DNA of 64,000 nt from Escherichia phage UPEC03, in sequence record MW250785; one strand, written 5' to 3'. Of the stretch, positions 43,020-52,251 are shown in pieces. A model generated the notes under the pieces. The model did no database searches, was not told the DNA's origin, and saw only the letters and a program-made list of their open reading frames with translations. Numbering within the stretch: position 1 is the stretch's first letter; each line of letters opens with the position of its first letter. Position numbers and translations under genes: made by a program.

Positions 43020-44366
43020 TTAAAAGTTCTCTTCGACGAATGCAGCCAGTCGCCCACGATATACGGTATCCAGGATCACATGACTTGAATGACCGTACTC
43101 TTTAAGTTTTTCAACCGCATACACAAAGCCGTTGTTAACAGCAGTGTTGCGCGGGTTGTCAATCTGTTTAATGTTCCCGCATAGTATCAGAAGGGTGTTC
43201 TCACCGCAACGGGAAATGATGGATTTGATTTCGTGATTGCTCAAGTTTTGACATTCATCAACAATCAGAACCGAACCTTTACCCGGATCAGGATGCCCGA
43301 TTGAGCGCCCACGGAAGTAATACAGGCTAGGGAACTGGACAACGTTTTTCTCCAGCAGCCCTTCTACGTATTTGTCAACTTCCGGTTGATCCTTAAACAG
43401 AATGTTCAGGCTCGTAATACATGGTTCTACAGCAGGACGCAGTTTTTCGCCAAGAGTACCAGGTAAGAACCCGATTTCGCCCGACAGAGGGCTATCTGCC
43501 TTGACATACATCAGGTTTGCGAAGTGTCCCGCGTTTACCATGTGCATTGCACCAGCAACAGCCAGCATGGTTTTACCTGAACCCGCCGCGCCCATGATGG
43601 TCACAACGTCATTGTTTTTGTCCAGAATAGCATCAACGAATGACGCTTGCAGAGCATCGCGAGGCTGAATTGTTTTCATCAGCTTACGCTTTAACGCCTG
43701 TTCGTGCTTAATAGGCAACACTTCAAGCTGAAACTCTCCAGCATTCACCACACGCCCTACAATCTCACCACACGATAGAATGTATTGGTTAGGGTAGAAA
43801 TCCGCGTCAGGAAGCGATGAATACGTTATAACGGCAACAGGCCCGACATACTCCAGGACTTCAACAGTTTCCCAGAACAGAGGCAGGTCGATATAACCTG
43901 AATACAACACATCACTATCTTTCAGCGAGTCATCGCCAGTGTATTGAAGAACCGAACAACCTTTAGACATCGCGATCAACAGCATGTTAATGTCACGAGT
44001 CACCAGAGTTGCGCCCTGCTGAATACAAGTTGCAATGATCCGCGCATCCTGTTTATCCAGAGGGAATTCTTCGGTGCCGTCATAATCGACGATTTTCAGT
44101 GTTACGCTTTCCGGTACTGCTGGGTTCGATAAGTTTAACGAAACCCCTGTTTGGGTAATTGCTTCATAATTTTGTCCCAGGATTGCTTTGGACAAAAGCC
44201 GGATCGCCAGTCGTGCTTCATGAGCGGTTCGCTCTTTGCTTTTCAGGTGATCCAGTTCTTCCATCGTTGCAGCGGTGATAATGATTTCGCTGTCAGGTTC
44301 GATGTAAGAATAGATTGAATATGGGTTACTAATCAAAACATTGGTGTCTAATACGTATTTTGACAT
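43020..44366 (-). CDS. PIN-domain PhoH-like ATPase (PhoH2-type)
   Basis: N-terminal PIN-like YVLDTNVLI; Walker A GAAGSGKT; Walker B VLIVDECQN. Confidence 0.8.
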   Translation of the reverse strand: MSKYVLDTNVLISNPYSIYSYIEPDSEIIITAATMEELDHLKSKERTAHEARLAIRLLSKAILGQNYEAITQTGVSLNLSNPAVPESVTLKIVDYDGTEEFPLDKQDARIIATCIQQGATLVTRDINMLLIAMSKGCSVLQYTGDDSLKDSDVLYSGYIDLPLFWETVEVLEYVGPVAVITYSSLPDADFYPNQYILSCGEIVGRVVNAGEFQLEVLPIKHEQALKRKLMKTIQPRDALQASFVDAILDKNNDVVTIMGAAGSGKTMLAVAGAMHMVNAGHFANLMYVKADSPLSGEIGFLPGTLGEKLRPAVEPCITSLNILFKDQPEVDKYVEGLLEKNVVQFPSLYYFRGRSIGHPDPGKGSVLIVDECQNLSNHEIKSIISRCGENTLLILCGNIKQIDNPRNTAVNNGFVYAVEKLKEYGHSSHVILDTVYRGRLAAFVEENF

Positions 44367-44375
44367 ACATTAACC

Positions 44376-44900
44376 TTATGTGGTTTCGTTAAAAAATGTG
44401 CCGAAAACCTCTTTCGCTTTCCGGTCATAAACGGCTTTTGCTTCTTCTGGAGTGGTATAATACCCCAAAAATTTTCTTTTTCCATCTATGTTTATCTGCG
44501 CTTTATACTTCCCATTTGCTTTGTGATAAGAAACACCTTTCAACCCCGTACTGCTGTTTGAATTACATTTCTTTTTCATCGCGTTTTGTTGGTTCGTCGC
44601 TTTCTGTAGATTTCTTGCTGTATCTCCATTTTCAACACCATACACATGATCTACGATAGGAGGAAGATAACCATTCTCAACGTAAAACACTATTCGGTGT
44701 CGCAAATACATAGAACCTTTAAAATGAATTTGGGAATACTCGTTCTTGCTTCCGGCTTCACTTCCAGGAGACATAGGGCCGCGCTGAATTTTCCAATACA
44801 CTTTTCCCGTAGATGTATCAACATCTACATAACTCAGAAGAGACTCAATCCCTTGAATCTCTTCCTGTATGGTTCTTGATGAATAACCATGACTTTTCAT
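44376..44900 (-). CDS. HNH homing endonuclease with AP2 domain
   Basis: RHRIVFYVENGYLPPIVDHVYGVENGD...NL plus AP2-like GLKGVSYHKANGKYKAQINIDGK; ATG at 44900 preferred to the track GTG at 44963. Confidence 0.65.
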   Translation of the reverse strand: MKSHGYSSRTIQEEIQGIESLLSYVDVDTSTGKVYWKIQRGPMSPGSEAGSKNEYSQIHFKGSMYLRHRIVFYVENGYLPPIVDHVYGVENGDTARNLQKATNQQNAMKKKCNSNSSTGLKGVSYHKANGKYKAQINIDGKRKFLGYYTTPEEAKAVYDRKAKEVFGTFFNETT

Positions 44901-45370
44901 TACATACCCAAACGGATAATATGGATATATGGGAACGGGTGAAGATGACTTGAACGCATACACAAGGTCAGTGTTTTTGCCAGTTCAAACCGTTCGTCGA
45001 TCGTCATGTCGCATTCATCGAAAATCAGGTTGATTGCCTGATACTTGATCGTTTGTCCACGGAAAATGGTATTCAGATCTTGACGTTTCGACAGAATGAA
45101 AGACGAATCAGCGCCCTTATCCATTCCATGTTCTGCCGCAGCACAAATACCCATTTGCTTTGTCGGCGCAACGTAGATATTCAGTGTCCCTTTCGACTGC
45201 TTGATGATATCGAAAGCCGCTTTGGTTTTACCCGACATCCGGCCCATATCCAGCGCAGTTTCGAAAATAGACACACCGCCGCATTCTTGCCCCCAACGCC
45301 CATCAATGATTCGCGCAAGGTGCAGGTTACGTGACTGCTTTACAGCGTCAACATAGAATTGTGAAATCAT
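44900..45370 (-). CDS. small P-loop NTPase-like protein, possibly truncated
   Basis: Walker A-like GRMSGKTKAAF and Walker B-like LIFDECD in only 156 aa; abuts the HNH gene. Confidence 0.4.
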   Translation of the reverse strand: MISQFYVDAVKQSRNLHLARIIDGRWGQECGGVSIFETALDMGRMSGKTKAAFDIIKQSKGTLNIYVAPTKQMGICAAAEHGMDKGADSSFILSKRQDLNTIFRGQTIKYQAINLIFDECDMTIDERFELAKTLTLCMRSSHLHPFPYIHIIRLGM

Positions 45371-45379
45371 GTTGTCGCC

Positions 45380-45775
45380 TTATGCAAGTTCAACGTGTGG
45401 TGCGTCGATAAATTTCGTTTCAATAGGAAGATTTGGATCGTTCTTCCAGTTGATACCGTAACGCAGTTTTACACCCTGTTCACCAGCGGCTTGTTTCACT
45501 GCATTCAGGACAGGCAACCACACTTTCGGGTTAGTCTGCCAGCCAGCAGGGAGAACGCTAGGATACAGATCCACAGCATCACCAGTGATGTGTTTTGAGT
45601 TCATGGTCTGGGAAACACCCTTGCGGACGTTCTCGCGCTGTTGCTCTACGGTGCGCAGACCTTCGCGTACACCAAAATCAACAGGCGAGAGTTCCAAAGC
45701 ACGTTTTACCACCTTAACCAGTTCCGGCTTCACGCCTTGCAGGTTGTTCAGGCTTTTCTGACTAAATTTAAACAT
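45380..45775 (-). CDS. endolysin, peptidase M15-type L-alanyl-D-glutamate peptidase (T5-endolysin-like)
   Basis: 131 aa; zinc-peptidase motif SKHITGDAVD and C-terminal HVEL; overall resemblance to T5 endolysin as recalled. Confidence 0.7.
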   Translation of the reverse strand: MFKFSQKSLNNLQGVKPELVKVVKRALELSPVDFGVREGLRTVEQQRENVRKGVSQTMNSKHITGDAVDLYPSVLPAGWQTNPKVWLPVLNAVKQAAGEQGVKLRYGINWKNDPNLPIETKFIDAPHVELA

Positions 45776-45842
45776 ACATACCTCTTTATGAAAATACCCT
45801 ATGGGCTACACAGGGTATTTACGGTTTAAGAGGCGCAACGTT

Positions 45843-46241
45843 TTACATGTAACCCCAAATTGCATCTTCCGCGCGATCGCGTTTCCAGCGAATCGTCATT
45901 TCAACACTCTCCTGTTTGTCATCAGGAGGAAGTTTATCATTATTGATTTGTTCAATATATGCTTGCGCATCTGCTTCGCTACGGAACAACGCATGGAAAT
46001 TATAATGGTTGCGCCCAGTTACGTTACGATCATCCAGAGAGAATTGACCTTTATTTTCCCAATCATCATACACAGTGATTCCGTTAACAAACAGCCCCAG
46101 CCCACGATGTTCACGCGGGAAGCCAGTGATGATATGTTTTCGACCCATCTGTGCCTTTTCACCAGTGATACTGATTACTTCGTACAGGATTGCGCCAGGT
46201 TTGATATCTTTCAGGACAGCACGTTTTTCAAAAGCGTTCAT
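45843..46241 (-). CDS. hypothetical protein
   Basis: start moved to internal ATG 46241, which has RBS gagga. Confidence 0.5.
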   Translation of the reverse strand: MNAFEKRAVLKDIKPGAILYEVISITGEKAQMGRKHIITGFPREHRGLGLFVNGITVYDDWENKGQFSLDDRNVTGRNHYNFHALFRSEADAQAYIEQINNDKLPPDDKQESVEMTIRWKRDRAEDAIWGYM

Positions 46242-46296
46242 AATGTATTCCTCACAATTAGTTTTCATATACAGATTACCACAATCTGTTTTGATG

Positions 46297-46617
46297 TCAA
46301 CAAGGTCTATCGTTTTTATTTGGGAAAGTTAACTGGAACAGGCGATCGTGTAATCCCTCGATCCGCTCATACGCTTGTTTCAGGATCGTCTTATCTTCTG
46401 GGTTCGTTGTCTCGATACAGATCAGTTCGTCCGAGTCGATAGCGATCACATCATCCATCAGTGAAGCGAATACGTTCACGTCAGGGTGAGTCAATTCCTT
46501 TATCTCCGCTTCCATCCCGTCATGCTGGGATAACAGTTCGATGATATCGCGCTGTAGATCTCCCTGGTACGGGAATCCGGTTTGAAGATGGTTAATAATT
46601 CTTTCTGCTTTGGTCAT
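46297..46617 (-). CDS. hypothetical protein
   Basis: 106-aa ORF. Confidence 0.5.
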   Translation of the reverse strand: MTKAERIINHLQTGFPYQGDLQRDIIELLSQHDGMEAEIKELTHPDVNVFASLMDDVIAIDSDELICIETTNPEDKTILKQAYERIEGLHDRLFQLTFPNKNDRPC

Positions 46618-46634
46618 ATTTCACCTACAAAAAA

Positions 46635-46650
46635 AGCCCCTTTCGGGGCT
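46635..46650 (-). terminator. rho-independent terminator
   Basis: agcccc-tttc-ggggct hairpin with T-run on the minus strand. Confidence 0.6.
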
Positions 46651-46654
46651 GGGA

Positions 46655-46918
46655 TTAAATGTCTTTGCACTGGCAAACACCGTATTTGGTGAAAGGCTTG
46701 TCACCGCTCAGGTAAGACCAGAAATCGCAAGCCTGTTCAGCGGTTTCGAAGATTACAGCATCATAGAAGCCGTGTTCTTCGTTACCATCTTTATTGAGGA
46801 ACACAGGAAGCCAGCTTTGCGGTTTGAAGCAGTCAGTAACAACTACCCAACCTTCTTTCGCTTTCATTGCTTCTTTGTTCGCTTCAACCATTTCCAGCAT
46901 TTCGTTCAGTAAGTTCAT
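46655..46918 (-). CDS. hypothetical protein
   Basis: 87-aa ORF. Confidence 0.5.
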   Translation of the reverse strand: MNLLNEMLEMVEANKEAMKAKEGWVVVTDCFKPQSWLPVFLNKDGNEEHGFYDAVIFETAEQACDFWSYLSGDKPFTKYGVCQCKDI

Positions 46919-46990
46919 TTCAATCCCCTTGTTTATCTGTTTCGTTGTCTACGAGAGAGATATTATCACAACGGGGATTAGTGTCAACAG

Positions 46991-47254
46991 TTATTCGAAA
47001 CGAATTGTGCTATTTTTGAAAAACATTCCAGAGCACACAGATCCTTTGATCTGCTTGCCGTTCACACCAGTTGCTTCGAATCCGGTTGAGTATGTGTCTT
47101 TTTCAGAACATGCAAACCACTTGTAACCCGTGAACTGGATGTTCGTATAACCCTGTGCTTCCAGGATACGCTGTGCCTCTTTCTCGTCAGTACAGCTTGA
47201 CTGCAAGAACACAACAACGACAACCATCAAAATACACACAACAATTTTCCACAT
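46991..47254 (-). CDS. hypothetical secreted or membrane-anchored protein
   Basis: hydrophobic N-terminus MWKIVVCILMVVVVVFLQSSC. Confidence 0.5.
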   Translation of the reverse strand: MWKIVVCILMVVVVVFLQSSCTDEKEAQRILEAQGYTNIQFTGYKWFACSEKDTYSTGFEATGVNGKQIKGSVCSGMFFKNSTIRFE

Positions 47255-47257
47255 AAT

Positions 47258-47686
47258 TTATACTCTTTTAAGGTTAGTTTTGCTGGCTTCGATCCAGCTT
47301 ACTTGGTTAGATCCAATATCACCCAGACATACAGTTGTATGACTAAATGTGTTCGGTAAAGAAACACCATCAGGAGATAACAACAAATCATGTACACTTA
47401 CGCTGGTTGCATACAAATAACCACCGGACGTATACAGTGTTTTTATGAAATCATATGAATCGTTGGGCCACTTGAAACGGTATTTCTGGTTCCAGAGTTC
47501 AACTTCATGCACATCATATTCATCGAACAGGGGATCGTTGCCCTTTGTCGCTTCGTAAAGCGCACCGCGCCATTCAACTAAATCCGCTTCGATATCACTT
47601 ACACAAAACTCTTCTTTTGCGCTCAGTTTATCAAGCATCATTTCAATAGTGCGGATAGCCATGCTTAATTCACGATCGAGTTTCAT
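47258..47686 (-). CDS. hypothetical protein
   Basis: start at internal ATG 47686, ATGA-coupled to the upstream gene. Confidence 0.45.
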   Translation of the reverse strand: MKLDRELSMAIRTIEMMLDKLSAKEEFCVSDIEADLVEWRGALYEATKGNDPLFDEYDVHEVELWNQKYRFKWPNDSYDFIKTLYTSGGYLYATSVSVHDLLLSPDGVSLPNTFSHTTVCLGDIGSNQVSWIEASKTNLKRV

Positions 47687-48045
47687 ACAATACCCTCTTC
47701 TTCGAGCACTTCCCAGATCAGGCGATCCAGGTGCATCAGGTTCCACATAACGGAGTCATACGAACCCAGCGAGCGGGAGTAAATCACTCCCCATGAACGA
47801 TAAGCCTTTTGGAATGATTCAGCACTGTTTTCATCGTGCGGCATATCGTCACCCGAAGCGATCAGCAGTTTCAGAACCATCAGGCTATTGAGTGCCTTTG
47901 GTGTGAATTCCTGTTCGCTTAACTTCATCGCGTAGCGTTCGATGATCGCGATTGACTTCGGATCTTTAATACGCCCATCTGTACGGCGCGTTTTAAACGC
48001 TCTCATTAATTCATCAACTACGGCGGTACACTTCATATGCTTCAT
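47683..48045 (-). CDS. hypothetical protein
   Basis: ORF; start uncertain (48045 or 48096). Confidence 0.45.
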   Translation of the reverse strand: MKHMKCTAVVDELMRAFKTRRTDGRIKDPKSIAIIERYAMKLSEQEFTPKALNSLMVLKLLIASGDDMPHDENSAESFQKAYRSWGVIYSRSLGSYDSVMWNLMHLDRLIWEVLEEEGIV

Positions 48046-48391
48046 CCTTTTCCTGTACAGACATCCGATTATAGCGGATCTCTTCGCGCTGTTCAACTTC
48101 TCTCACTGCTTCGGCTTTCTTTTCAGCGGTGAGTATGTGATGTACTACAGCGTTTCGGATTTCCCAGAGATATTCAATCATCTGCATATCTTCAACGGTG
48201 TGGTAGCCTTTCATATCACATTCAAATACAATTTCATCGCGTTCTGCCATTGCCACCTGTGCGGTAGAAGGACAAATAACCATTCCAGAGTATTTTTCAA
48301 TCAACGATTCCAGTGTACGCGGTTTTGCTGGAATGTCAATAGATACCGGAACCATTCGCATCGTTGAATCATTATGGGATTGGTAAATCAT
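48014..48391 (-). CDS. hypothetical protein
   Basis: 125-aa ORF. Confidence 0.5.
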   Translation of the reverse strand: MIYQSHNDSTMRMVPVSIDIPAKPRTLESLIEKYSGMVICPSTAQVAMAERDEIVFECDMKGYHTVEDMQMIEYLWEIRNAVVHHILTAEKKAEAVREVEQREEIRYNRMSVQEKDEAYEVYRRS

Positions 48392-48684
48392 CAGAATGTG
48401 ATCTCCGCAAACTGCATTCTACGCTCAATCGCATGGATAGCGTTATCACGCTGTTCTTTGTTTTCATATCCAGCCCAGGTAATCGGAGTTGAACAGATCA
48501 GGTGAAAAGTGATTGCTGGGTGTCTCTTCCCTTCAACAACGATTGTTGCATCATCTTCGATCCAGGTTACGTGATCCAGATTCACCGGATAGTTTCTTAC
48601 GGTAACAGTTTCACCAACCATAGGCGACACGTCCAGAATATCACGATCACGAACGTATGATTTAATACGAGATACGATTAACAT
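48391..48684 (-). CDS. hypothetical protein
   Basis: 97-aa ORF. Confidence 0.5.
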   Translation of the reverse strand: MLIVSRIKSYVRDRDILDVSPMVGETVTVRNYPVNLDHVTWIEDDATIVVEGKRHPAITFHLICSTPITWAGYENKEQRDNAIHAIERRMQFAEITF

Positions 48685-49838
48685 TATTTCAACTCCACTG
48701 CATATACATCGGTTTCAGGGGCTTTGTGTACGCGCATATCTTTACCACATACCGCATAAGCCGGACAGTTACGGCAACCGTTATGATCCTTGTTGCCCGT
48801 CAGTTCTTTACGGAACTGTTTTGTTTTCGGGTGTTCCCAGATATCCTTCACAAAATCTTCGGCTTCCAGAACATCCAGACCTTCTTCCCAGCCACCTTCA
48901 ACCCAACGTTCGGTAAACGAGCAAGGGAAGAACTGACCACGTTCATTAATGTAAGAGCTAAACATCGTCGCTTCACAGTCTTCGGCGTATTGCTTGTACT
49001 GTTCGAAGTTCGGGTGTCCCTCCATCGCTTCAACGAAAGCGGGGGCTGAACAGCTATCGAATCCAAATCCTACACCAGAATCGAGGCAATATTCAACAAG
49101 TTTTTTATATTGTTCGCGGGTAACGGTGTCCCAGTTCTTACCGCGTCCTTTTTGTTTCAGTCCCAGGAACACGATCGCGTTGACTTGTTTCAGGCGCGGA
49201 TCATTCTTCACGGCATCAACCACGTTAAACGCATCATCATAGGTTTTCGAGCTAACCATGAAGTGAAGGTTGATTTGCTGTTGTCCGGCTTCTGTCAGGT
49301 TCGCTACTGAGTCGAAAGCGACATCAAAACCAGCGTGTTTATAAACCGATACCGCAACAGCCCCAGCAACCGCCGCTAAACGCGCTGCAACGTCTTTTGA
49401 TACGTCAGCAATGGTAAGGTTCGGTACAATGCCTTTAGAACGCGCATACGCCATCATATCGAACATATCAGGGTTTGTTTGCCCCTGTGCATCAGCACCG
49501 AGTGCGCATTGAGTCAGCCAGGGCATTTTGTCGATGATTTTTTTGAAGTTGGCAAGATCCATGTTGAACCCGTTAGGGTTATTGGACTTGTAGCAGAACC
49601 CGCAGAGTTTACCAGCGGGACCATTACATTTGGTAGTGATCTCAACATCCAAGATTTCTGGGAATGGGGCATAGGTAGGATCAGTTTCGAACGATGTTCC
49701 CCAGCGAGCAAACTCACCAGTTTTAACGTTGAAATTGTAGTTGTACCAATTAGAGCGAGCGAAGCGCATATTACCCTGCTGGTAAATCATTAGCGAAGGG
49801 GCTTTCATTACAGTCTGTGCGCGGTCAATAATATCCAT
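48684..49838 (-). CDS. putative Fe-S / radical-SAM-like enzyme
   Basis: 384 aa; Cys cluster TTKCNGPAGKLCGFCYK (Cx7CxxC) near the N-terminus and C-terminal GCRNCPAYAVCG. Confidence 0.4.
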   Translation of the reverse strand: MDIIDRAQTVMKAPSLMIYQQGNMRFARSNWYNYNFNVKTGEFARWGTSFETDPTYAPFPEILDVEITTKCNGPAGKLCGFCYKSNNPNGFNMDLANFKKIIDKMPWLTQCALGADAQGQTNPDMFDMMAYARSKGIVPNLTIADVSKDVAARLAAVAGAVAVSVYKHAGFDVAFDSVANLTEAGQQQINLHFMVSSKTYDDAFNVVDAVKNDPRLKQVNAIVFLGLKQKGRGKNWDTVTREQYKKLVEYCLDSGVGFGFDSCSAPAFVEAMEGHPNFEQYKQYAEDCEATMFSSYINERGQFFPCSFTERWVEGGWEEGLDVLEAEDFVKDIWEHPKTKQFRKELTGNKDHNGCRNCPAYAVCGKDMRVHKAPETDVYAVELK

Positions 49839-49849
49839 GTATATAGTTC

Positions 49850-50056
49850 TCAGAATTTAATGTGGGATTGGAAAACAGCACGAGCAAGTGTTTCGCTATC
49901 GAACGGGATTGATGTTCCCTGGTCTTTGCTGTCAATGTTAACGCGCCAGAACTCACTAGACCCGTTTTTGGTGGAGTAATGCATCAGCGTTACCGTCTTA
50001 TTCTTTTCCAGGAAGGTGCGTTTATCAATCTCTGTTTTTATTTCGTGCTGCATCAT
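49850..50056 (-). CDS. hypothetical protein
   Basis: 68-aa ORF. Confidence 0.45.
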   Translation of the reverse strand: MMQHEIKTEIDKRTFLEKNKTVTLMHYSTKNGSSEFWRVNIDSKDQGTSIPFDSETLARAVFQSHIKF

Positions 50057-50313
50057 TTTACACTCCGTTTCAGTTTACGTTCGTCAGCCAGTTCTTTTTT
50101 GTACGTTTTGATGTACTTCCCGTTAAGGATGCGAAGCTGTTGGAAAACTTTGTTGCACAAAGCACGTTTTGCTTTGTATTCCTGCGTATTACGGATTGAT
50201 TCGACCGTCATACCCATTTCGTTTTTAGGGTACGCGCTCAACTCCCTGCCGATCTCTCTGTGCCAGTTGCTTAACTGATCACGCTGTGCTTTGTACTCTT
50301 CAAAAGTTAACAT
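50053..50313 (-). CDS. hypothetical protein
   Basis: 86-aa ORF following the cassette variant; RBS ggag. Confidence 0.5.
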   Translation of the reverse strand: MLTFEEYKAQRDQLSNWHREIGRELSAYPKNEMGMTVESIRNTQEYKAKRALCNKVFQQLRILNGKYIKTYKKELADERKLKRSVK

Positions 50314-50325
50314 AACAATCTCCGG

Positions 50326-50376
50326 TTTCGTTTCTATGTGTGTAAGGTATCATTACCCTACACACAACGCAAGCGA
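50326..50376 (-). promoter_or_regulatory. stem-loop/promoter cassette (variant)
   Basis: minus-strand reading: TTGCGT, 17-nt spacer containing inverted repeat gtgtgtaggg/ccttacacac, TACCTT, leader CATAGAAACGAAACCGGAG. Confidence 0.4.
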
Positions 50377-50379
50377 TTT

Positions 50380-50580
50380 TTATTTTCCGTAAAGAACACA
50401 ATATTCTTTATATTTTTCACGGGCTTTTTCTTCATTACTAAAGGAAACTCCCATTCCAAAATCAGAACCTTCGAACGTAACATCCCACGATTCATACCCA
50501 TCTTCCGAATAATAGGAAAGTGTTATTTTACGATCTTCAAGAACAAGTTGTTCAACAACAATATCAATTTCAGTAGTCAT
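50380..50580 (-). CDS. hypothetical protein
   Basis: 66-aa ORF. Confidence 0.5.
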   Translation of the reverse strand: MTTEIDIVVEQLVLEDRKITLSYYSEDGYESWDVTFEGSDFGMGVSFSNEEKAREKYKEYCVLYGK

Positions 50581-50723
50581 AGTTCATTTCCATAATCTTT
50601 TGCTGCATCTTCGGGGGTTGCGTCCAGTCGGTAAAGCTCAACGGCTAACGGACTGGGTTTGATTTCGCGGTTCAGGATCTCACTGATACCGCGAAGGAAT
50701 TCGATATAAGGACGGAATCTCAT
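50577..50723 (-). CDS. small hypothetical protein (48 aa)
   Basis: hand-found ORF ATGA-coupled to both neighbours. Confidence 0.35.
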   Translation of the reverse strand: MRFRPYIEFLRGISEILNREIKPSPLAVELYRLDATPEDAAKDYGNEL

Positions 50724-50971
50724 TTGATACGTACCGCGTTAAAAGCCTGGTTGCGCAGTTCATAAGCCTGTTCAAGCTGTTCTGTAGTGAACAGAGGACT
50801 ATCGGTGTTAGTGGTGAAACTGCAAATGGTTTTGTTGTCGGCGTTAACTTCTTCAACAACGATTTCATAACCCCAGATCCCGCTGTACTCACATTTCACG
50901 TTACGGTACTTGATGTAAACCGCAGCAACATCTTCTTTTTTGTAGTTCCGGCTTTTGTAGATGATTTCCAT
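50720..50971 (-). CDS. hypothetical protein
   Basis: start at ATG 50971 after the cassette leader and RBS ggagg. Confidence 0.5.
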   Translation of the reverse strand: MEIIYKSRNYKKEDVAAVYIKYRNVKCEYSGIWGYEIVVEEVNADNKTICSFTTNTDSPLFTTEQLEQAYELRNQAFNAVRIK

Positions 50972-51040
50972 GATATCCTCCTTCGTTTCGATGTGTGTAA
51001 TATAACAAAACCCCTCACCATAGACAAGGGGTTTCTTTAA
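50972..51040 (-). promoter_or_regulatory. PeSL-like stem-loop/promoter cassette
   Basis: minus-strand reading: aacccc-TTGTCT...-ggggtt hairpin, TATATT, ACACACATCGAAACGAAGGAGG leader. Confidence 0.55.
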
Positions 51041-51053
51041 CAAAAAGTGCTAT

Positions 51054-51656
51054 TTAATAGTATCCAGGATCTTTGAAGTGTGCTTTCATATATCGCAGAA
51101 TTTCACGCAACATCTGGGTTTGCTCATGTCCACACTGTGAAGCCATATCGATCATGACGCGAGTCATTTCGACGTTCTCCAAGCTGGTTATACGCTGTTT
51201 TAAGGCTTTGTTTTCCTCTTCCAACTCAACCATACGGTCATATGCTTTGATGCGCTCCAAAGGCATATCAGGGCGCTGTTTGAGGACACGGGCGCGTGAC
51301 ACTTCGCATTCGTGATTTGCTTTCCAGTGATCACGTTCACCAGCAATTTTATCATTCTCCTGGTGTAGACGTACAATCTCTTTAAGGAGGCGTTCAGTGG
51401 TATCGGGATCAAACGAAACCATGTATTGCATCAGGGATTGCAACCACAGATCCTCTTGTACCGCCTGTAACGCTTTAGGCCCAATAATGGTAAACTCGCG
51501 TTTCTTCATGTTGCTACCGCAACCGTAGTTAACGTTACCCGCAATCGAACCTGGTTGATTAGTACCATCCCATTTGTCACCGATAACAGGTTTTACTTGC
51601 TGAATAGCACGATTCAGCATTTCGAATTCTTCATCTAAAATCATTTCATATCCCAT
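51054..51656 (-). CDS. hypothetical protein
   Basis: 200-aa ORF. Confidence 0.55.
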   Translation of the reverse strand: MGYEMILDEEFEMLNRAIQQVKPVIGDKWDGTNQPGSIAGNVNYGCGSNMKKREFTIIGPKALQAVQEDLWLQSLMQYMVSFDPDTTERLLKEIVRLHQENDKIAGERDHWKANHECEVSRARVLKQRPDMPLERIKAYDRMVELEEENKALKQRITSLENVEMTRVMIDMASQCGHEQTQMLREILRYMKAHFKDPGYY

Positions 51657-52045
51657 AATTCATATTGTGAGCGAAGGATAGCGTAAAGGCTACCGATATG
51701 GATTGTGTCTACCGGACACTGGAAAAGATCCCCGCGCATCATGTTAAACTCGATATCGTTACGTTCAACATAGTTACCGATCATTGATGTCCAACCCATC
51801 ACCAGGTTATAACCATCTTCTGATAACCCATAAGCCAGCCTAACCATGATACAACGCTTATCAGCCAGTTCTACGCGCATATGGGTACTGGTATGAGTGA
51901 CCTTGTTCGGGAATCTGCGAAACATTTTAGTAAGGAGTTTGGCGGTTTCAATATTGAACGCCAGTTCTTGATCCTTACTGGTCTGGTTGTCATGACGGCG
52001 ATTCAGATACTTTTCCATTTTTGGGTTGAGATTCACATGTTGCAT
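51641..52045 (-). CDS. hypothetical protein
   Basis: 134-aa ORF. Confidence 0.5.
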   Translation of the reverse strand: MQHVNLNPKMEKYLNRRHDNQTSKDQELAFNIETAKLLTKMFRRFPNKVTHTSTHMRVELADKRCIMVRLAYGLSEDGYNLVMGWTSMIGNYVERNDIEFNMMRGDLFQCPVDTIHIGSLYAILRSQYELWDMK

Positions 52046-52251
52046 AATATATTCCTCACAGGTTTAAAGCGTTCTTTTCCGGTTCCATTACATGAACTGC
52101 ATTTCGGAGATCGGTCGCTATCATATCGCCCAGATCCATTACATGCAACACATTTCCGTAATTTCCAGCCATACACGAACCGCATATAATCGGTTCGTGC
52201 GGCCTTGCGTTCGTGGAAGTTCATACTTTGTTGTAAACCTGAACAACCCAC
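52033..52251 (-). CDS. small DnaJ-type zinc-finger protein
   Basis: two CxxCxGxG repeats (CVACNGSG, CSSCNGTG). Confidence 0.5.
   Translation of the reverse strand: MGCSGLQQSMNFHERKAARTDYMRFVYGWKLRKCVACNGSGRYDSDRSPKCSSCNGTGKERFKPVRNILCNM

Noticed and set aside
44901-44963. Upstream GTG start for the HNH-AP2 gene (track start 44963)
   Set aside because: The ATG at 44900 gives an ATGA junction with the upstream gene and matches where homology with the paralogues begins.
50680-50892. 70-aa minus-strand ORF overlapping the 50720..50971 gene in another frame
   Set aside because: It conflicts with the ATGA-coupled chain 50720..50971, 50577..50723 and 50380..50580, which has better start signals.
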